Below, in pieces: positions 36,101 to 45,669 of a stretch of 64,000 nucleotides of DNA. Positions within the stretch are counted from its first letter, which is position 1; each line of letters begins with the position of its first letter. Location: contig JBKBYA010000014.1 of the NCBI GenBank assembly GCA_046313635.1, positions 1-64,000 of the forward strand, written 5' to 3'. Source of the DNA: Pyrinomonadaceae bacterium. Its GTDB lineage: Bacteria; Acidobacteriota; Blastocatellia; Pyrinomonadales; Pyrinomonadaceae. The notes beneath the pieces are model-generated. The model saw nothing but the letters and a program-made list of their open reading frames with translations, did not search any database and was not told the origin of the DNA. Both the position numbers and the translations under genes were made by a program.

Positions 36101-38437
36101 AATCTGACCAGAGAGCGAGACGAGTACGATCTCATCTCCCGCGTCGAGCTCACGCGGCGTGCGGGATACGCACCGTCTTACGACGAGATGCGGGCATATC
36201 ACCAGATCATGGTCGAGCGTGCCCGCACCTCCGGAAAGGTCCAGCCTACCTTTGCCGACACGGCGAAGGGGTTTGCCGGACTGTCGCGGGAGACCGAGAT
36301 CGGACGCAGCGTCGCAGAGCGTCCCAACTATCTCCTAGGGATCGTCGATCTCCTCGCCAAGAACGAGGGGGACGAGAAGCAGCTCGAGTCGGATCGATCA
36401 AACTTTTGGGCGATCGCGACCGCGAAGGCGAAAGAGTACGAGATCTCACTCGAGCGTGCCCTCGAGGACGTGAGACAGGAGAGCGAGCTCCTCTCTCGAC
36501 GCAACGTCAGCCTCGAGACGACCGTCGAGTTCGAAAAACAGCGGAACGATCTCGTCCGTCAGACCGGCGATGTCGAGCGAGACCTCGCCGTTCTGGCGAT
36601 GCAGAACTCGGACGAGAGGTTTGTCGCCGACCGGCGTGCTCTGTCCGCCAAGCGTGAGCAGCTCGATCTCGAGCGTGAGATCACGGAGCTCGGCGACGAA
36701 CTGGCCAACGACGGCGTCAACGACATCCTGAAGCTCCGCGTGGAGCTGATGCGGCAGGAGCTCGATTACCGACGCGAGTCGCTCAATGCGGCGATCGATG
36801 CGGCCAAGGCCGAGACCGACATCAACCGGATGCTCGAGGTCCGTACGGACGTGATCTACGGCAAGGTGATGAAGCACCTCGGCGACCAGAAGAACATGAC
36901 CGACGCGATCGCCGACGGTCTGATCGGGGTGTACGAGGGCACGGCCGGAGCACTCGACAAGGCGATCGACCGGTCGACGGACCGATTCGGCATCTTCAAG
37001 AGCATCCTCGGAGAGCCCCTCAAGGTCTACTCGCGAAAGATCCTGACGGACGTGACCCGCGGCATCGGAGACCTTTTCGGTTTCGGAGATCTATTCAACA
37101 AGTCCGAGGAAGAGAAGAACCCGGTCATGGCCGGGCTCAAGAAGCAGGACCGTCAGATCGAGCTGCTCGAGCAGATCGCCCGCAACACAGGCGGTGGTTC
37201 GGCGGCCGGTATCAGGCCCGCTCAGTCATTCAGAATACCCGGCCTCGGCGGACTGTCGCTCGGTCTGCCGTCATTCGGCCGTATCGGGACGGGTGCGACG
37301 GGAGGGTTCTCCGGCGTGCTCCGCAACTTAGGGTCGTACGCGAACTTATTCATGAGCGGGGGGTCGGCGTCGAACTCGATCCCTGACGCGGCCGGAGCGG
37401 CCGGGCAGGCGGTCGGAGCGGCTGTAGGCAGCGGAGCGAGGCCCAGCTTCCTCGCACGTCTCGGCCAGACACTTTTCGGCGGAGGCGTGGGCGGAGGTCT
37501 CGTCAAGGGCGGAATCTTTGGAAGTCTTCTGAGCGGAGCACCGTTCGCCGGCCTCAGTCTCGGGGCGTCGCTCGGCAGCGGCTCGACGTTCGGGTCCCTG
37601 CTCGGCGGCATCGGCGGTGCGGCCCTCGGCGTGTCGGCGTTGGCCGGGCTGGCCCCGGGGGTCTTCGGAGCCCTGGCCGGAGGGCTCGGGGCGTCGGCGG
37701 GCCTGACGGCGTCGATGTTTGCTCTCTTTACCAACCCGATCACGATCGCGGCGGCCGGAGCCCTTATTCCCCTGGCGATCATCCTCGGCATCAATGCCCG
37801 CCGCAAGCAGGCCGAGAAGCAGCGGTCGGTACTTAGAAACAATGTCGGGGCCGAGCTGGACAAGCTCGTCTCGGCTGTCCGCGGGCGTCGCATGAGTGGG
37901 GCGGATGCGTTGGCACAGGCGGAGAACCTGCGTCTCGAATACGCGAAAGAGGTCGAGAAGATCAAGGACAGCAAGACCCGCCGCATCGCGATGAACGAGT
38001 GGAACCCGCCGAACGTGCTCTGGCGGAAGATGGAGGACCTCAAGGTCGCGGCCGAACAGAGCGGTTTTGACGACGAGCGTCAGCGTCGGATCATTCCCGA
38101 GTTTGCCGACGGTGGATGGGTGAGAGCCCGTCGCGGAGGAACGCTGGCGAGGATCGGCGAGGCCGGTCACGACGAGGTCGTGCTCTCGACCGACCCGTCG
38201 AAATGGAATCAGACCGCCGGTCTGTTGGCCGGGTTCCTCGGGACGATGTCTCCGAAGGTGGCCGCGGCCGCACCGGCGGCGAGTGCTCCGGCCCCGATCC
38301 ACGTCACCATCAACATGACCCACACCATCGACCGCGACGGCATGGTCTCGTCGGCCATCGAGAGCGGCGACGTCGAGCGGGCGATGGTCAAGGCCATCAA
38401 CAAGGCCATCACCAACGGGGAGATAAAGCGAAACTAA
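33158..38437 (+). CDS. Tape measure protein with lytic transglycosylase (SLT) domain
   Basis: 1759 aa helical; QES..NAVS.KGA.G.FQFMPGTA...LALAGYNAG.GAV.KYGGIPPY.ET..YV; Gly-rich hydrophobic segment; FADGG C-terminal motif. Confidence 0.95.
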   Translation: MASKSYTYDVRIRASLDTSKVSGAGSTVRQKAEQELNQAHEAGLRQREQKTKASLDLMANWERQHADKVKREQNDYTSWWGQELDKRDAKTRASLEKQGKDTRDALDRKKKADFEYTQWWEKTLNDRDRKLQQASKAELDRVEKKKKSDLEYTRWWEIQLDKRDKAERRHLDDVTKLRRKTVDLAVKTDDLVKRSEADVKALNAKTAAMERYNRLLERSNRTGSGKFTERGLFQASNEDFEKSSAAAGSRSASAFMRSFRGAVIGILTGMVIGEIFQIIQSTFATAVSMVQKGVELQQLRVGLTAVSTTATEASERVKILDKVARDTPGLLFENAVEGQMRLQAVGFSANEATTMLKGLSKVRILSNATDEDFRAVILNLTQIKSLGRLTGDEIRETLGRIPAMASVFRRAFGTVDINQIREMQLSSYEFFQKFNKALNEVQAPAESVSSAFIHLQNAWTKSSEVLAEPVLPELQQAFENLSDILTRNEDAFRSWGQTLASAIDLVDKLASAVDYLYNIQQPSAPGKASWLATLNPFASVPQKLGYTEEQIRTGRLDGSRDPRASSLSIDEQLANATTIEQKMRVLDEATRDAHERALSDLTVNLNKRRILVLQNAGFSRQQELNLQLELSKIERDGITLRREEEQADFERKLALTREGSEERQRLIEDHNRLVESMEKSSAAKLVEIDRKMFQDRIGLLQDYAEQWAMTLNSQYALDTATSRGSLQGADTSTPGRAAAVNAKTFEQQLADLDQQRRVLEGRRRIAKEGFIDDHGVFTPGRPQSDWLAIDKEYEAKMKELKAQELQLRAARNNQIASETRSLQQMMLRDGRLTISTGDPVKDRILVEAASKYNFSPNILAAQLIQESGGKRNAVSPKGAEGYFQFMPGTAKRFGVNPYDFKSAAEGAARYINLLLGMFGGDLDLALAGYNAGEGAVKKYGGIPPYKETRDYVRQIKARLAKAVNIDPSVSFGTFDVAGGSDNLTRERDEYDLISRVELTRRAGYAPSYDEMRAYHQIMVERARTSGKVQPTFADTAKGFAGLSRETEIGRSVAERPNYLLGIVDLLAKNEGDEKQLESDRSNFWAIATAKAKEYEISLERALEDVRQESELLSRRNVSLETTVEFEKQRNDLVRQTGDVERDLAVLAMQNSDERFVADRRALSAKREQLDLEREITELGDELANDGVNDILKLRVELMRQELDYRRESLNAAIDAAKAETDINRMLEVRTDVIYGKVMKHLGDQKNMTDAIADGLIGVYEGTAGALDKAIDRSTDRFGIFKSILGEPLKVYSRKILTDVTRGIGDLFGFGDLFNKSEEEKNPVMAGLKKQDRQIELLEQIARNTGGGSAAGIRPAQSFRIPGLGGLSLGLPSFGRIGTGATGGFSGVLRNLGSYANLFMSGGSASNSIPDAAGAAGQAVGAAVGSGARPSFLARLGQTLFGGGVGGGLVKGGIFGSLLSGAPFAGLSLGASLGSGSTFGSLLGGIGGAALGVSALAGLAPGVFGALAGGLGASAGLTASMFALFTNPITIAAAGALIPLAIILGINARRKQAEKQRSVLRNNVGAELDKLVSAVRGRRMSGADALAQAENLRLEYAKEVEKIKDSKTRRIAMNEWNPPNVLWRKMEDLKVAAEQSGFDDERQRRIIPEFADGGWVRARRGGTLARIGEAGHDEVVLSTDPSKWNQTAGLLAGFLGTMSPKVAAAAPAASAPAPIHVTINMTHTIDRDGMVSSAIESGDVERAMVKAINKAITNGEIKRN

Positions 38438-39567
38438 TGGCACGTGAAGTAACGGCAGACCTGGCGACCCTGCTCGCCGCGAGCGACGTCGAGACCGCGT
38501 CGACGCTGGACCTCGTCTACACGGACGGGGCGGCGACCGAGCGACACTGGGCGACGGCGTCATTCTCGCACGGCGGGACGACCTACCTGCCGTATCTGAA
38601 AAAGGTCGGCGACATCCGGATGAGCCTGCTTAGTGCTACCGACCGGGTCAAGGTCGAGGTGATCAACAACGACTCGATCCCCGGGGCGGACGTGGCGAGC
38701 GGGCTCAGGTATTTCGACTACGCGGAGGCGATCGTCGGCCGGTATTACCACTCGGCCGGCGAGGGTCTCGAGCACCGGTCGGAGCTGTTTCGCGGCCGTG
38801 TCATGCAGCCCGAGGTGACGGAGTCGCTGCTCCAGTTCGACGTTATCGACTCGCTCGTCGCGGCCGGTCCCGTGATCGCGTCTCGGCCTCTGACGATCAA
38901 GTGCCCTCACCGGTACAAGGACCCTCGGACCTGCGGGGCGACGTCGCCGCTCGCGACCTGCAACAAGATGCTCAACTCGTCGGACGGGTGCAGAGGACGC
39001 AACAACACGTCGAGATTCGGCGGTTGGTACTTCCCGTTCCCGACGCTGTCGTCGGCTCCCTCAGGAGGATCCTCGCCCGGGACCCCGCCGCGGGTCCCGC
39101 TGCCGTGCTTTACCGGGGACACGCTCGTGTCGATGGTCGACGGGCCGTACGACAAGCCGATCCGGTACGTCCAGCCGGGGGACCGGATCTGGTCGTTCTA
39201 CTGGTCGAACGTCGCGAAGAAGGACATCATCGTTCCGGACGTGGTCGAGGAGGTCTTTGTCCACGAGGTCAACGAGACGTTCGAGTTCACGTTCGACGAC
39301 GGACGCGTCCTCGAGGTCACGGCCGAGCACCCTCTGTACGTCGGTAAGGGGGCGTTCCTGCGGGCGGACCGCACGCGGCTCAAGCAGCGGTATGCGGTGA
39401 TCGACAAGGCGTTGGCGGCCTACGGAATGGACCGCCGGCGGGTCGTAAAGATGCGGCTGAGGACCGACCGGCCGGTCACGGTGTTCAACCTGCACGTCAG
39501 ACACTGCCACACGTATTTCGCCAACGGCATCGCCGTTCATAATTCAAAGGACCCGTCTGAGATCTAA
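38437..39567 (+). CDS. Tail-tip protein (lambda gpL/DUF2163-like, 4-Cys cluster) fused to C-terminal Hint domain
   Basis: C..RY....CG.......CNK......C......RFGG then CFTGDTLV...TAEHP...YFANGIAVHN-S. Confidence 0.85.
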   Translation: MAREVTADLATLLAASDVETASTLDLVYTDGAATERHWATASFSHGGTTYLPYLKKVGDIRMSLLSATDRVKVEVINNDSIPGADVASGLRYFDYAEAIVGRYYHSAGEGLEHRSELFRGRVMQPEVTESLLQFDVIDSLVAAGPVIASRPLTIKCPHRYKDPRTCGATSPLATCNKMLNSSDGCRGRNNTSRFGGWYFPFPTLSSAPSGGSSPGTPPRVPLPCFTGDTLVSMVDGPYDKPIRYVQPGDRIWSFYWSNVAKKDIIVPDVVEEVFVHEVNETFEFTFDDGRVLEVTAEHPLYVGKGAFLRADRTRLKQRYAVIDKALAAYGMDRRRVVKMRLRTDRPVTVFNLHVRHCHTYFANGIAVHNSKDPSEI

Positions 39568-41687
39568 TGCCTTCTTATCCTACCGATAACCTGAAGAACG
39601 CGGACCGTGCCAGCATGACCCTTGCCGTGCCGTACGGACGACACGTCGGCGAGGGGCATCTGGTGATGAGCGTCAACGCCGGTTCGGCCGACCCGAACCA
39701 CCAGATCAAGTTCAGGCAAGCCCTTTGCGAAGGCCCGATCGAGGGCGTCGAGAGCGTCTACTACCAGGGCACGAAGCTCGACGCCTCGGCCTACACGCTT
39801 TACGACGGCACGCAGCTTACCGCCCCCGGAGCACCGTTCGATCTCGACTCCCCGCACCATTTGACGGCGATGCTCGACGTGACGCTCCCGGTGGGGATGG
39901 CCGACGCCGACGTCAAGGACAACCCGCCCAGCGAACTGGCCGTGATCGGAAAGTTCCTGAAGGTCAAGAACTACGACGCGTCCGGGACGGCCTCGGCCGC
40001 GGAGTACTCGGTCAACCCGGCCCGCGTCATCGCCGATCTGATCCACGAACGCGGCGGCGAGCCCCTCGAACGCACCAACTGGCCGGTCTGGACGAAGTTT
40101 CGGAACTATTTCAACTCGCAGGAGGACCGGGACTACACGACCCTCGACGGGTTCGACGGGATCGGACTGACGGGATATTACTACTCGGACCTGACCTTCA
40201 CGACGCTGCACTCGGTCAGGATCGACCCGTCGATCCACGTCGAGTCGTCGTCGGGCTCGCCGGCGGCCGGACTGCCCGCGGACAACTTCTCGGTCAGGTG
40301 GAAGGGCAAGATCAAGGCGAAGGCGACCGGCACGACGACCTTCAACGCCAACTTCAACGACACGTTCAAACTGTATGTCGGGGATCTCTCGACCCCGGTC
40401 ATCGACGGCACGTCGGCCGGATCGGCGACCGGCACCAAAGAGATGACCGACGACCAGCTCTACGACATCGTGATCGAGTGGACGGACGCGAGCGGGGCGG
40501 CCGAGTGCCGCCTGACGTGGACCCCGCCCGGCGAGAGCGTACAGACGATCGCCCAGGAGTTTCTCTACCCCTTCCCCGAGCGTCGTCCGATCTACGAGGC
40601 CCACACGCTCTTTGAGTCCGCGACAAGTCTCGACGCCGCGGTCAGGCAGGTACTGCTGACCAGCAACTCCGTGATGCAGCTCGCCGACGGCAAGCGGCAG
40701 TTCTTCTCGGTCGAGCAGCTCACGCCGGTGATGGACATCGACGAGTCGCTGATGAAGGACGGAACCTTCAAATTTTACCGGCGTTCACGCCGCGACCTTC
40801 GGAACCATTGGGAGGCCTTCTTTCGCGATCTCGACTCGCAGTACATCGAGGTCGCCCAGCCTCCAGTGACGGTCGAGTTCCCGGAGCTGCAGAATGCGGT
40901 CGGGCGGGTCAACAACGGTCAGGCCATCGACCTCGACAACAGCACCCACTGGCAGGCCTACAAAGTGCTCAAGTACCTCGCCAAGCGTGAGGTCGAGATG
41001 GACGTCTTTTGCGAGTTTGACGGGACCGCCCTGACCTACAAAGTGCTGCCGGGCGACCTGGTACGGATCAGCAACACCGAGGCGGGATTCGTCGACAAGC
41101 AGTTCATCGTGCTCGAGACGATCGATTACTCGAGCGAGACGACCGCCGACCGGAGAGGGTTTGTCTGTCTGGAGTGGACGGACCCCGAGCACCAGATCAA
41201 CTATGCCCTCGCTTCGATCGGGGCCACCGCGTCGGGGTCGAGTTCGGACCCTCTGTACCCGGCCGCCGCCGCGATCAACGGGATCCCGCATACCAACAAC
41301 CAGTGGGGCGACGCGGCCGCCTACGAGACCGGCAACGGTTGGAAGAGCGTCGGCACGCCGACGGCCGGCAGCCCGGAGTGGCTCGAGGTCGACTTTGGCC
41401 TGGTGCGTGAGATCTCTCAGGTCGACGTCATCACACAAAAGGACGATTACACGTCGACGACCGCTCCGGAGCGGGACGCGACCACATTCACGCTGTACGG
41501 CATCACCGACTACAAGATCCAGTACTGGAACGGATCGTCGTGGACCGACGTCGTGTCGGTGACGGGCAACAACAAGGTCTGGCGGCGGCACACATTCGTG
41601 CCCGTGTCGACGCAGAAGGTGAGGGTGCTCGTGACCGGGTCGGCGACCGTCAACGCCCAGATCATCGAGCTGGAGGCTTGGGGATAA
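39567..41687 (+). CDS. Central tail/baseplate hub protein (gpJ/Tal-like) with PA14 insertion and C-terminal discoidin (F5/8 type C) domain
   Basis: ALCEGPIEG, NPA..IAD; GL.GYYY...RIDP.I...DNFSVRW.G.I (PA14); EWLEVDFG...DY.IQYWNGSSW (discoidin). Confidence 0.85.
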   Translation: MPSYPTDNLKNADRASMTLAVPYGRHVGEGHLVMSVNAGSADPNHQIKFRQALCEGPIEGVESVYYQGTKLDASAYTLYDGTQLTAPGAPFDLDSPHHLTAMLDVTLPVGMADADVKDNPPSELAVIGKFLKVKNYDASGTASAAEYSVNPARVIADLIHERGGEPLERTNWPVWTKFRNYFNSQEDRDYTTLDGFDGIGLTGYYYSDLTFTTLHSVRIDPSIHVESSSGSPAAGLPADNFSVRWKGKIKAKATGTTTFNANFNDTFKLYVGDLSTPVIDGTSAGSATGTKEMTDDQLYDIVIEWTDASGAAECRLTWTPPGESVQTIAQEFLYPFPERRPIYEAHTLFESATSLDAAVRQVLLTSNSVMQLADGKRQFFSVEQLTPVMDIDESLMKDGTFKFYRRSRRDLRNHWEAFFRDLDSQYIEVAQPPVTVEFPELQNAVGRVNNGQAIDLDNSTHWQAYKVLKYLAKREVEMDVFCEFDGTALTYKVLPGDLVRISNTEAGFVDKQFIVLETIDYSSETTADRRGFVCLEWTDPEHQINYALASIGATASGSSSDPLYPAAAAINGIPHTNNQWGDAAAYETGNGWKSVGTPTAGSPEWLEVDFGLVREISQVDVITQKDDYTSTTAPERDATTFTLYGITDYKIQYWNGSSWTDVVSVTGNNKVWRRHTFVPVSTQKVRVLVTGSATVNAQIIELEAWG

Positions 41688-41691
41688 CATT

Positions 41692-42765
41692 ATGGCTTTC
41701 GCGTCGAAACATCTCATTAGCAGGAACAACATCGTCGGGTGGTTCGCCGGCGACGAGTCGCCGATCTACTCCGGTGCGACGCTCGTCGGGGCGACGGACC
41801 TGGCGGGCGTAGGCAACCTCTCGGTCGCGGCGTCCAACCCGACCGTCGAGACGGGGATCGAGGACCTGAACGACCGGTCGGCATTCGTTTTTTCCGGATC
41901 GAGCGATCCGCTCTCGCGTCCCGGGCCGGTCGTCGTCCAGCAGGTCTTTGCCCTGGTCAGTGCGGACGACGCGACGAGCTTTTCGGCGACGCGTGGATTT
42001 GTCTCCGGGACCGGGGCCGGCGACCAGCAGCTCCTTGTCGGACAAAGCGGGACGGCCAAGTTCGCGGACGTTGCGAGCGGGACTCAGAAATTCTATTCAC
42101 GCGGGTACTCGTACGCGGCGACGAACCAGATCGCACCGGTCGGCGGCAACTGGGCACTGGTCGAGATACGCCTCGCCGCCCCTGCGACGTTGAGCGGCCT
42201 GCAGATCGGAAAGAACCGGACGGACGCGGCGTCGCTGCTCGACGGTCGAGTCGCCGAGGTGATCTGCTACTCGGCGGCGATCAGCGGGAGAGAGCGACAG
42301 AGACTGTACCAGTATTTTGCGGTCAAGTATCACCACTGGGAGATGAACACGGACGGCAACTACGTCTTCCCGTTCTACCCGAACTGGGGATCGGGGGCAA
42401 AGGCGGTGAAGTCGGTGTTGGTGGACGAGGCGATGGACGGCTCGATGGTCTACCGCACCAAACGGTCGAAACGAAAGTATTTCGATCTCGACTTTAACCG
42501 CCGCACGGACGACGAGACGCAGGCCGTCGAAAAGTTCTACGACGAGCACTTTCCGGGCGTCGCATTTCAATATCGCGATCGCACGGTTCATCCCGGGCTC
42601 GAGTACACGGTCGTTTACGACCGCGACGCCGAGTGCGAGATCACCTCCGACGGCGTGACCAGTCACCGCTACAGGCAGAGGTTTCACCAGGCCTCGTTCT
42701 CGGTCGGCGGCGGAGGAGGTCTCTCTCTTGCCGCTCCGATCGTGCTCGACGGCGGCTACGCTTAA
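41692..42765 (+). CDS. Minor tail protein: lectin-like N-domain plus distal-tail-like C-domain
   Basis: LQIG......LDG.VAEVI.YS.A.S..ER..L..Y...KY (LamG-like); C-part with FY..H....AF.Y.D. Confidence 0.6.
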   Translation: MAFASKHLISRNNIVGWFAGDESPIYSGATLVGATDLAGVGNLSVAASNPTVETGIEDLNDRSAFVFSGSSDPLSRPGPVVVQQVFALVSADDATSFSATRGFVSGTGAGDQQLLVGQSGTAKFADVASGTQKFYSRGYSYAATNQIAPVGGNWALVEIRLAAPATLSGLQIGKNRTDAASLLDGRVAEVICYSAAISGRERQRLYQYFAVKYHHWEMNTDGNYVFPFYPNWGSGAKAVKSVLVDEAMDGSMVYRTKRSKRKYFDLDFNRRTDDETQAVEKFYDEHFPGVAFQYRDRTVHPGLEYTVVYDRDAECEITSDGVTSHRYRQRFHQASFSVGGGGGLSLAAPIVLDGGYA

Positions 42766-42773
42766 TTCTCCCT

Positions 42774-45272
42774 ATGAAGCTCGATGTCAGATTCCAACTG
42801 AAGCGTGATACGGCCGCCGACTGGGCCGCCAGGAACCCAAAGCTCCTGGACGGCGAGCCGGGTGTGGAGACCGACACCGGCAGGATGAAGATCGGTGACG
42901 GCGAGACGTTGTGGAACGACCTTGCCTACTGGGGCACGATCACCGGTTCGGAGACGCTCTCGACGCTGGGCACTTTGGTCAATTCTGCCGCGGCGAAGAC
43001 CGTACCGGTCGACGCGGACAATTTCCCGCTGACCGATTCGGCCGCCGGCCACGTCACCCGCAAGATCACCGGTCAGTATCTCAAGGCGTGGCTCAAGTCG
43101 CACTTCGATTCGATCTACCAAACACTAAACGCGAACCTGACGACGTGGTCCGCTAAGGTCGCTCCGTCGAGCGTCGTCGTCGGCACTACCGACACGCAGA
43201 CGCTGGCAAACAAGACGATCGACGGTTCTGCGAACACGCTGCAGAACGTGCCGGTCGGGGCGATCGACAATGCGGGACTCACCGAGATGGTGCAGGACAC
43301 GATCGGCTCGTCGGTCGTCGCCGGGGCCAACGTCACGGTCAGCTACAACGACGCGACCGGTCAGACCACCGTCTCCGCGACGGGCGGCACCGGCGGGGCG
43401 ACGACCATGGACGAGCTCTCGGACGTCGCCGTCTCGTCGCCGGCCGATGGCCATGTCCTCCGTCACAACGGCACGAACTGGGTCAACACGTTCGCGACGA
43501 CGGCGGATGTCGCCGACTCGACCGACAAACGCTACGTCACCGACGCACAGCGGACGGTCATTCAGAATACGTCGGGCACCAACACCGGCGACGAGCCGAC
43601 GCTCAACAACACCTTCGGCAACTCGCTGTCGAACATGGTGACGACGATCGCCGGACTCGGCAATCCAGAGCGGACGGTCTGGCTCGACCGTGCCGCGACG
43701 GTCTCGGCCGATCTCACCATCCCGGCCAACATCAAGCTGCGTTACCGCGACACGGGGTCGATCAGCGTCAACTCGGGCGTGACCGTGACGATCAATCACG
43801 AACCGGACGTCCGAGGACGGCAGATATTCACCGGAGCGGGGTCGGTCGTGTTCGGATCCAACAAACCGGTGCGTGACCTCGATCTGTCGTGGTGGACCGG
43901 TCGCGACGACTCGGTCGACGTGACGGCCAAGATCGACATGGCCCTGACGAGCCTCGCGAACGCGGGCGGCGGACGGCTCTACGCCGGGCCGGGCACCTGG
44001 CTCACCGTAGGCGGACATATCATCCCGCGGTACAGCGAGATCGTCGGTGCCGGTCAGGGCATCACGACGTTCAAGCAGACCTCGACGGCGACGTACGGCT
44101 ATCTATTCCGCATCGCGGCCGCGAGCGGTCAGTACTACCGTTTTAACAAGGTCAAGAGCCTCACGTTGAGCGGCGAGGGGGTGACCGGCGAGACGCTGCT
44201 CGAGTTTTACGGTGCGGCGGCGGCCGACACGCCGATGTTCTTTATCGACGTCGAGCAGGTGCAGTTCTGGCACGGCACGATCGGCTGCAACTACAACTCG
44301 ACCTCCGGCGACTGGCAGATCGAGTCCGTCCGGTTCAAGGGATGCAACTGGTACAACTGCACGACCGGCTACAAGATGAACTCGATCAACAACTCGGTGT
44401 TCTTCTCGGACGGCTGCTTCTGGGACATCCCCGCGAACGGCATCGCCCTGCACCTCGTCTCGCACGGTCAGGTGTCGATCGACGACTATAACTTTATCGG
44501 TCCGGGCACGGCGGGCGGCACCTACAGCTACACCGCGACGGGCGGCGTCAACAACGGGGCGACCTTTATCCTGATGGAGAACGCCCACAACGGCCTGCGG
44601 ATCGCGAACGGCCAGGACGAGGCGGCCGAGTATTTTCTGCGGACGAGCACCAACTCGTTCCTGCAGTCGGTCATCACGATCGACAACTGTACGATCCAGT
44701 CGAAGATCAAACCGTCCGCCGCCCGCACGATCAAACTGGTCAACTGCCTGACGATCGGCAACGTCCTGCAGGACAACGCGGGCGTCGCCGCCGCCTACAT
44801 CTGGGAGGACTCGCACTGCGACACACGCGATCTCGATAACTCGACGAACGCAAACGCCAAACCCGACTACTTTACCGGGTCGAGCTATTATGCGAAAAAG
44901 AGCGACAAGACAAAGAACGACCTCGCGATAAAGGGCAAGATCGACGCCGGATGCTTTCGCCGGTCGGTGATGACGACGCTCTCGGGCTCGACCGTCGACG
45001 GCAGTCTCGGCGACGAGTTTGTCGCCGTCATCACGGCCGACACGGCACTCAATTTCACCGGAGGTCAGGTCGGGCGGGAGATCACGCTGTTCCTGTACCT
45101 CAACGACGGCACGTCGCGGACCATCTCCTTCGGCGGAAACTTTCGGGCGACAGGCTCGCTGGTGACCCCTGCGGGCAAGGCGGGAGCCTTCTGCGTCATC
45201 ACGTTCAAGACCTACAACGTCTTCGGCACCGTTTACGCGATCGAGACGTACCGCCAGACCGCCGGTGCGTGA
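42774..45272 (+). CDS. Tail fibre/tailspike: Mtd-N-like anchor plus pectate-lyase-like beta-helix
   Basis: QLKRDTAA.W...NP.L..GE.G.ETDTG.MKIGDG...WN.L.Y; D.TA.I..A......GGG.LY..PGT..; start re-called at 42774. Confidence 0.85.
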   Translation: MKLDVRFQLKRDTAADWAARNPKLLDGEPGVETDTGRMKIGDGETLWNDLAYWGTITGSETLSTLGTLVNSAAAKTVPVDADNFPLTDSAAGHVTRKITGQYLKAWLKSHFDSIYQTLNANLTTWSAKVAPSSVVVGTTDTQTLANKTIDGSANTLQNVPVGAIDNAGLTEMVQDTIGSSVVAGANVTVSYNDATGQTTVSATGGTGGATTMDELSDVAVSSPADGHVLRHNGTNWVNTFATTADVADSTDKRYVTDAQRTVIQNTSGTNTGDEPTLNNTFGNSLSNMVTTIAGLGNPERTVWLDRAATVSADLTIPANIKLRYRDTGSISVNSGVTVTINHEPDVRGRQIFTGAGSVVFGSNKPVRDLDLSWWTGRDDSVDVTAKIDMALTSLANAGGGRLYAGPGTWLTVGGHIIPRYSEIVGAGQGITTFKQTSTATYGYLFRIAAASGQYYRFNKVKSLTLSGEGVTGETLLEFYGAAAADTPMFFIDVEQVQFWHGTIGCNYNSTSGDWQIESVRFKGCNWYNCTTGYKMNSINNSVFFSDGCFWDIPANGIALHLVSHGQVSIDDYNFIGPGTAGGTYSYTATGGVNNGATFILMENAHNGLRIANGQDEAAEYFLRTSTNSFLQSVITIDNCTIQSKIKPSAARTIKLVNCLTIGNVLQDNAGVAAAYIWEDSHCDTRDLDNSTNANAKPDYFTGSSYYAKKSDKTKNDLAIKGKIDAGCFRRSVMTTLSGSTVDGSLGDEFVAVITADTALNFTGGQVGREITLFLYLNDGTSRTISFGGNFRATGSLVTPAGKAGAFCVITFKTYNVFGTVYAIETYRQTAGA

Positions 45273-45286
45273 CCTCACCGATCTAC

Positions 45287-45316
45287 TTGACACGTGTCAC
45301 ATACATTCGGTAAGAT
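45287..45316 (+). promoter_or_regulatory. Sigma70-type promoter with perfect palindrome TGACACGTGTCA
   Basis: TTGACA-N18-TAAGAT. Confidence 0.7.
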
Positions 45317-45399
45317 CGTTCCGTGCGGGGAATGGTGCTCCGCCGATCCTCACGAGAATCACTTCAAGGCCGGTCCCGGCCGAGAACGATCCCGATCAA

Positions 45400-45669
45400 A
45401 TGCCAGATACAAAGTTCGATCCCGAGTTGGCCTCGGAAATGGAATGGTCAGAGTGCGTGCTCGCCGCGTCCGTCTCGGACGGCGAATATAACGGCCACGT
45501 CACACGCTGGATCTGCGGGGCGTGCCGGATGGCCGTGCTGACCCTCTCCAACCGGTACAGCCTCGTCGATACCGCCCAGGATTATCTCGACCGGGGCTGG
45601 CGGTACCGCCGCACCTCCACAGGGATCGACGCCGTCTGCCCACACTGCACCAAACAAAGGAACAAATGA
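45400..45669 (+). CDS. Small zinc-binding hypothetical protein
   Basis: CGAC...GW...CPHC. Confidence 0.55.
   Translation: MPDTKFDPELASEMEWSECVLAASVSDGEYNGHVTRWICGACRMAVLTLSNRYSLVDTAQDYLDRGWRYRRTSTGIDAVCPHCTKQRNK

Noticed and set aside
39106..39543. Mobile intein with homing endonuclease
   Set aside because: Only 146 aa with no LAGLIDADG or HNH insert
42774..45272. Diversity-generating retroelement suggested by the Mtd-N-like domain
   Set aside because: No reverse transcriptase in the window, no template/variable repeat pair seen, and the C-terminus is not a C-type lectin; Mtd-N is a common fibre anchor
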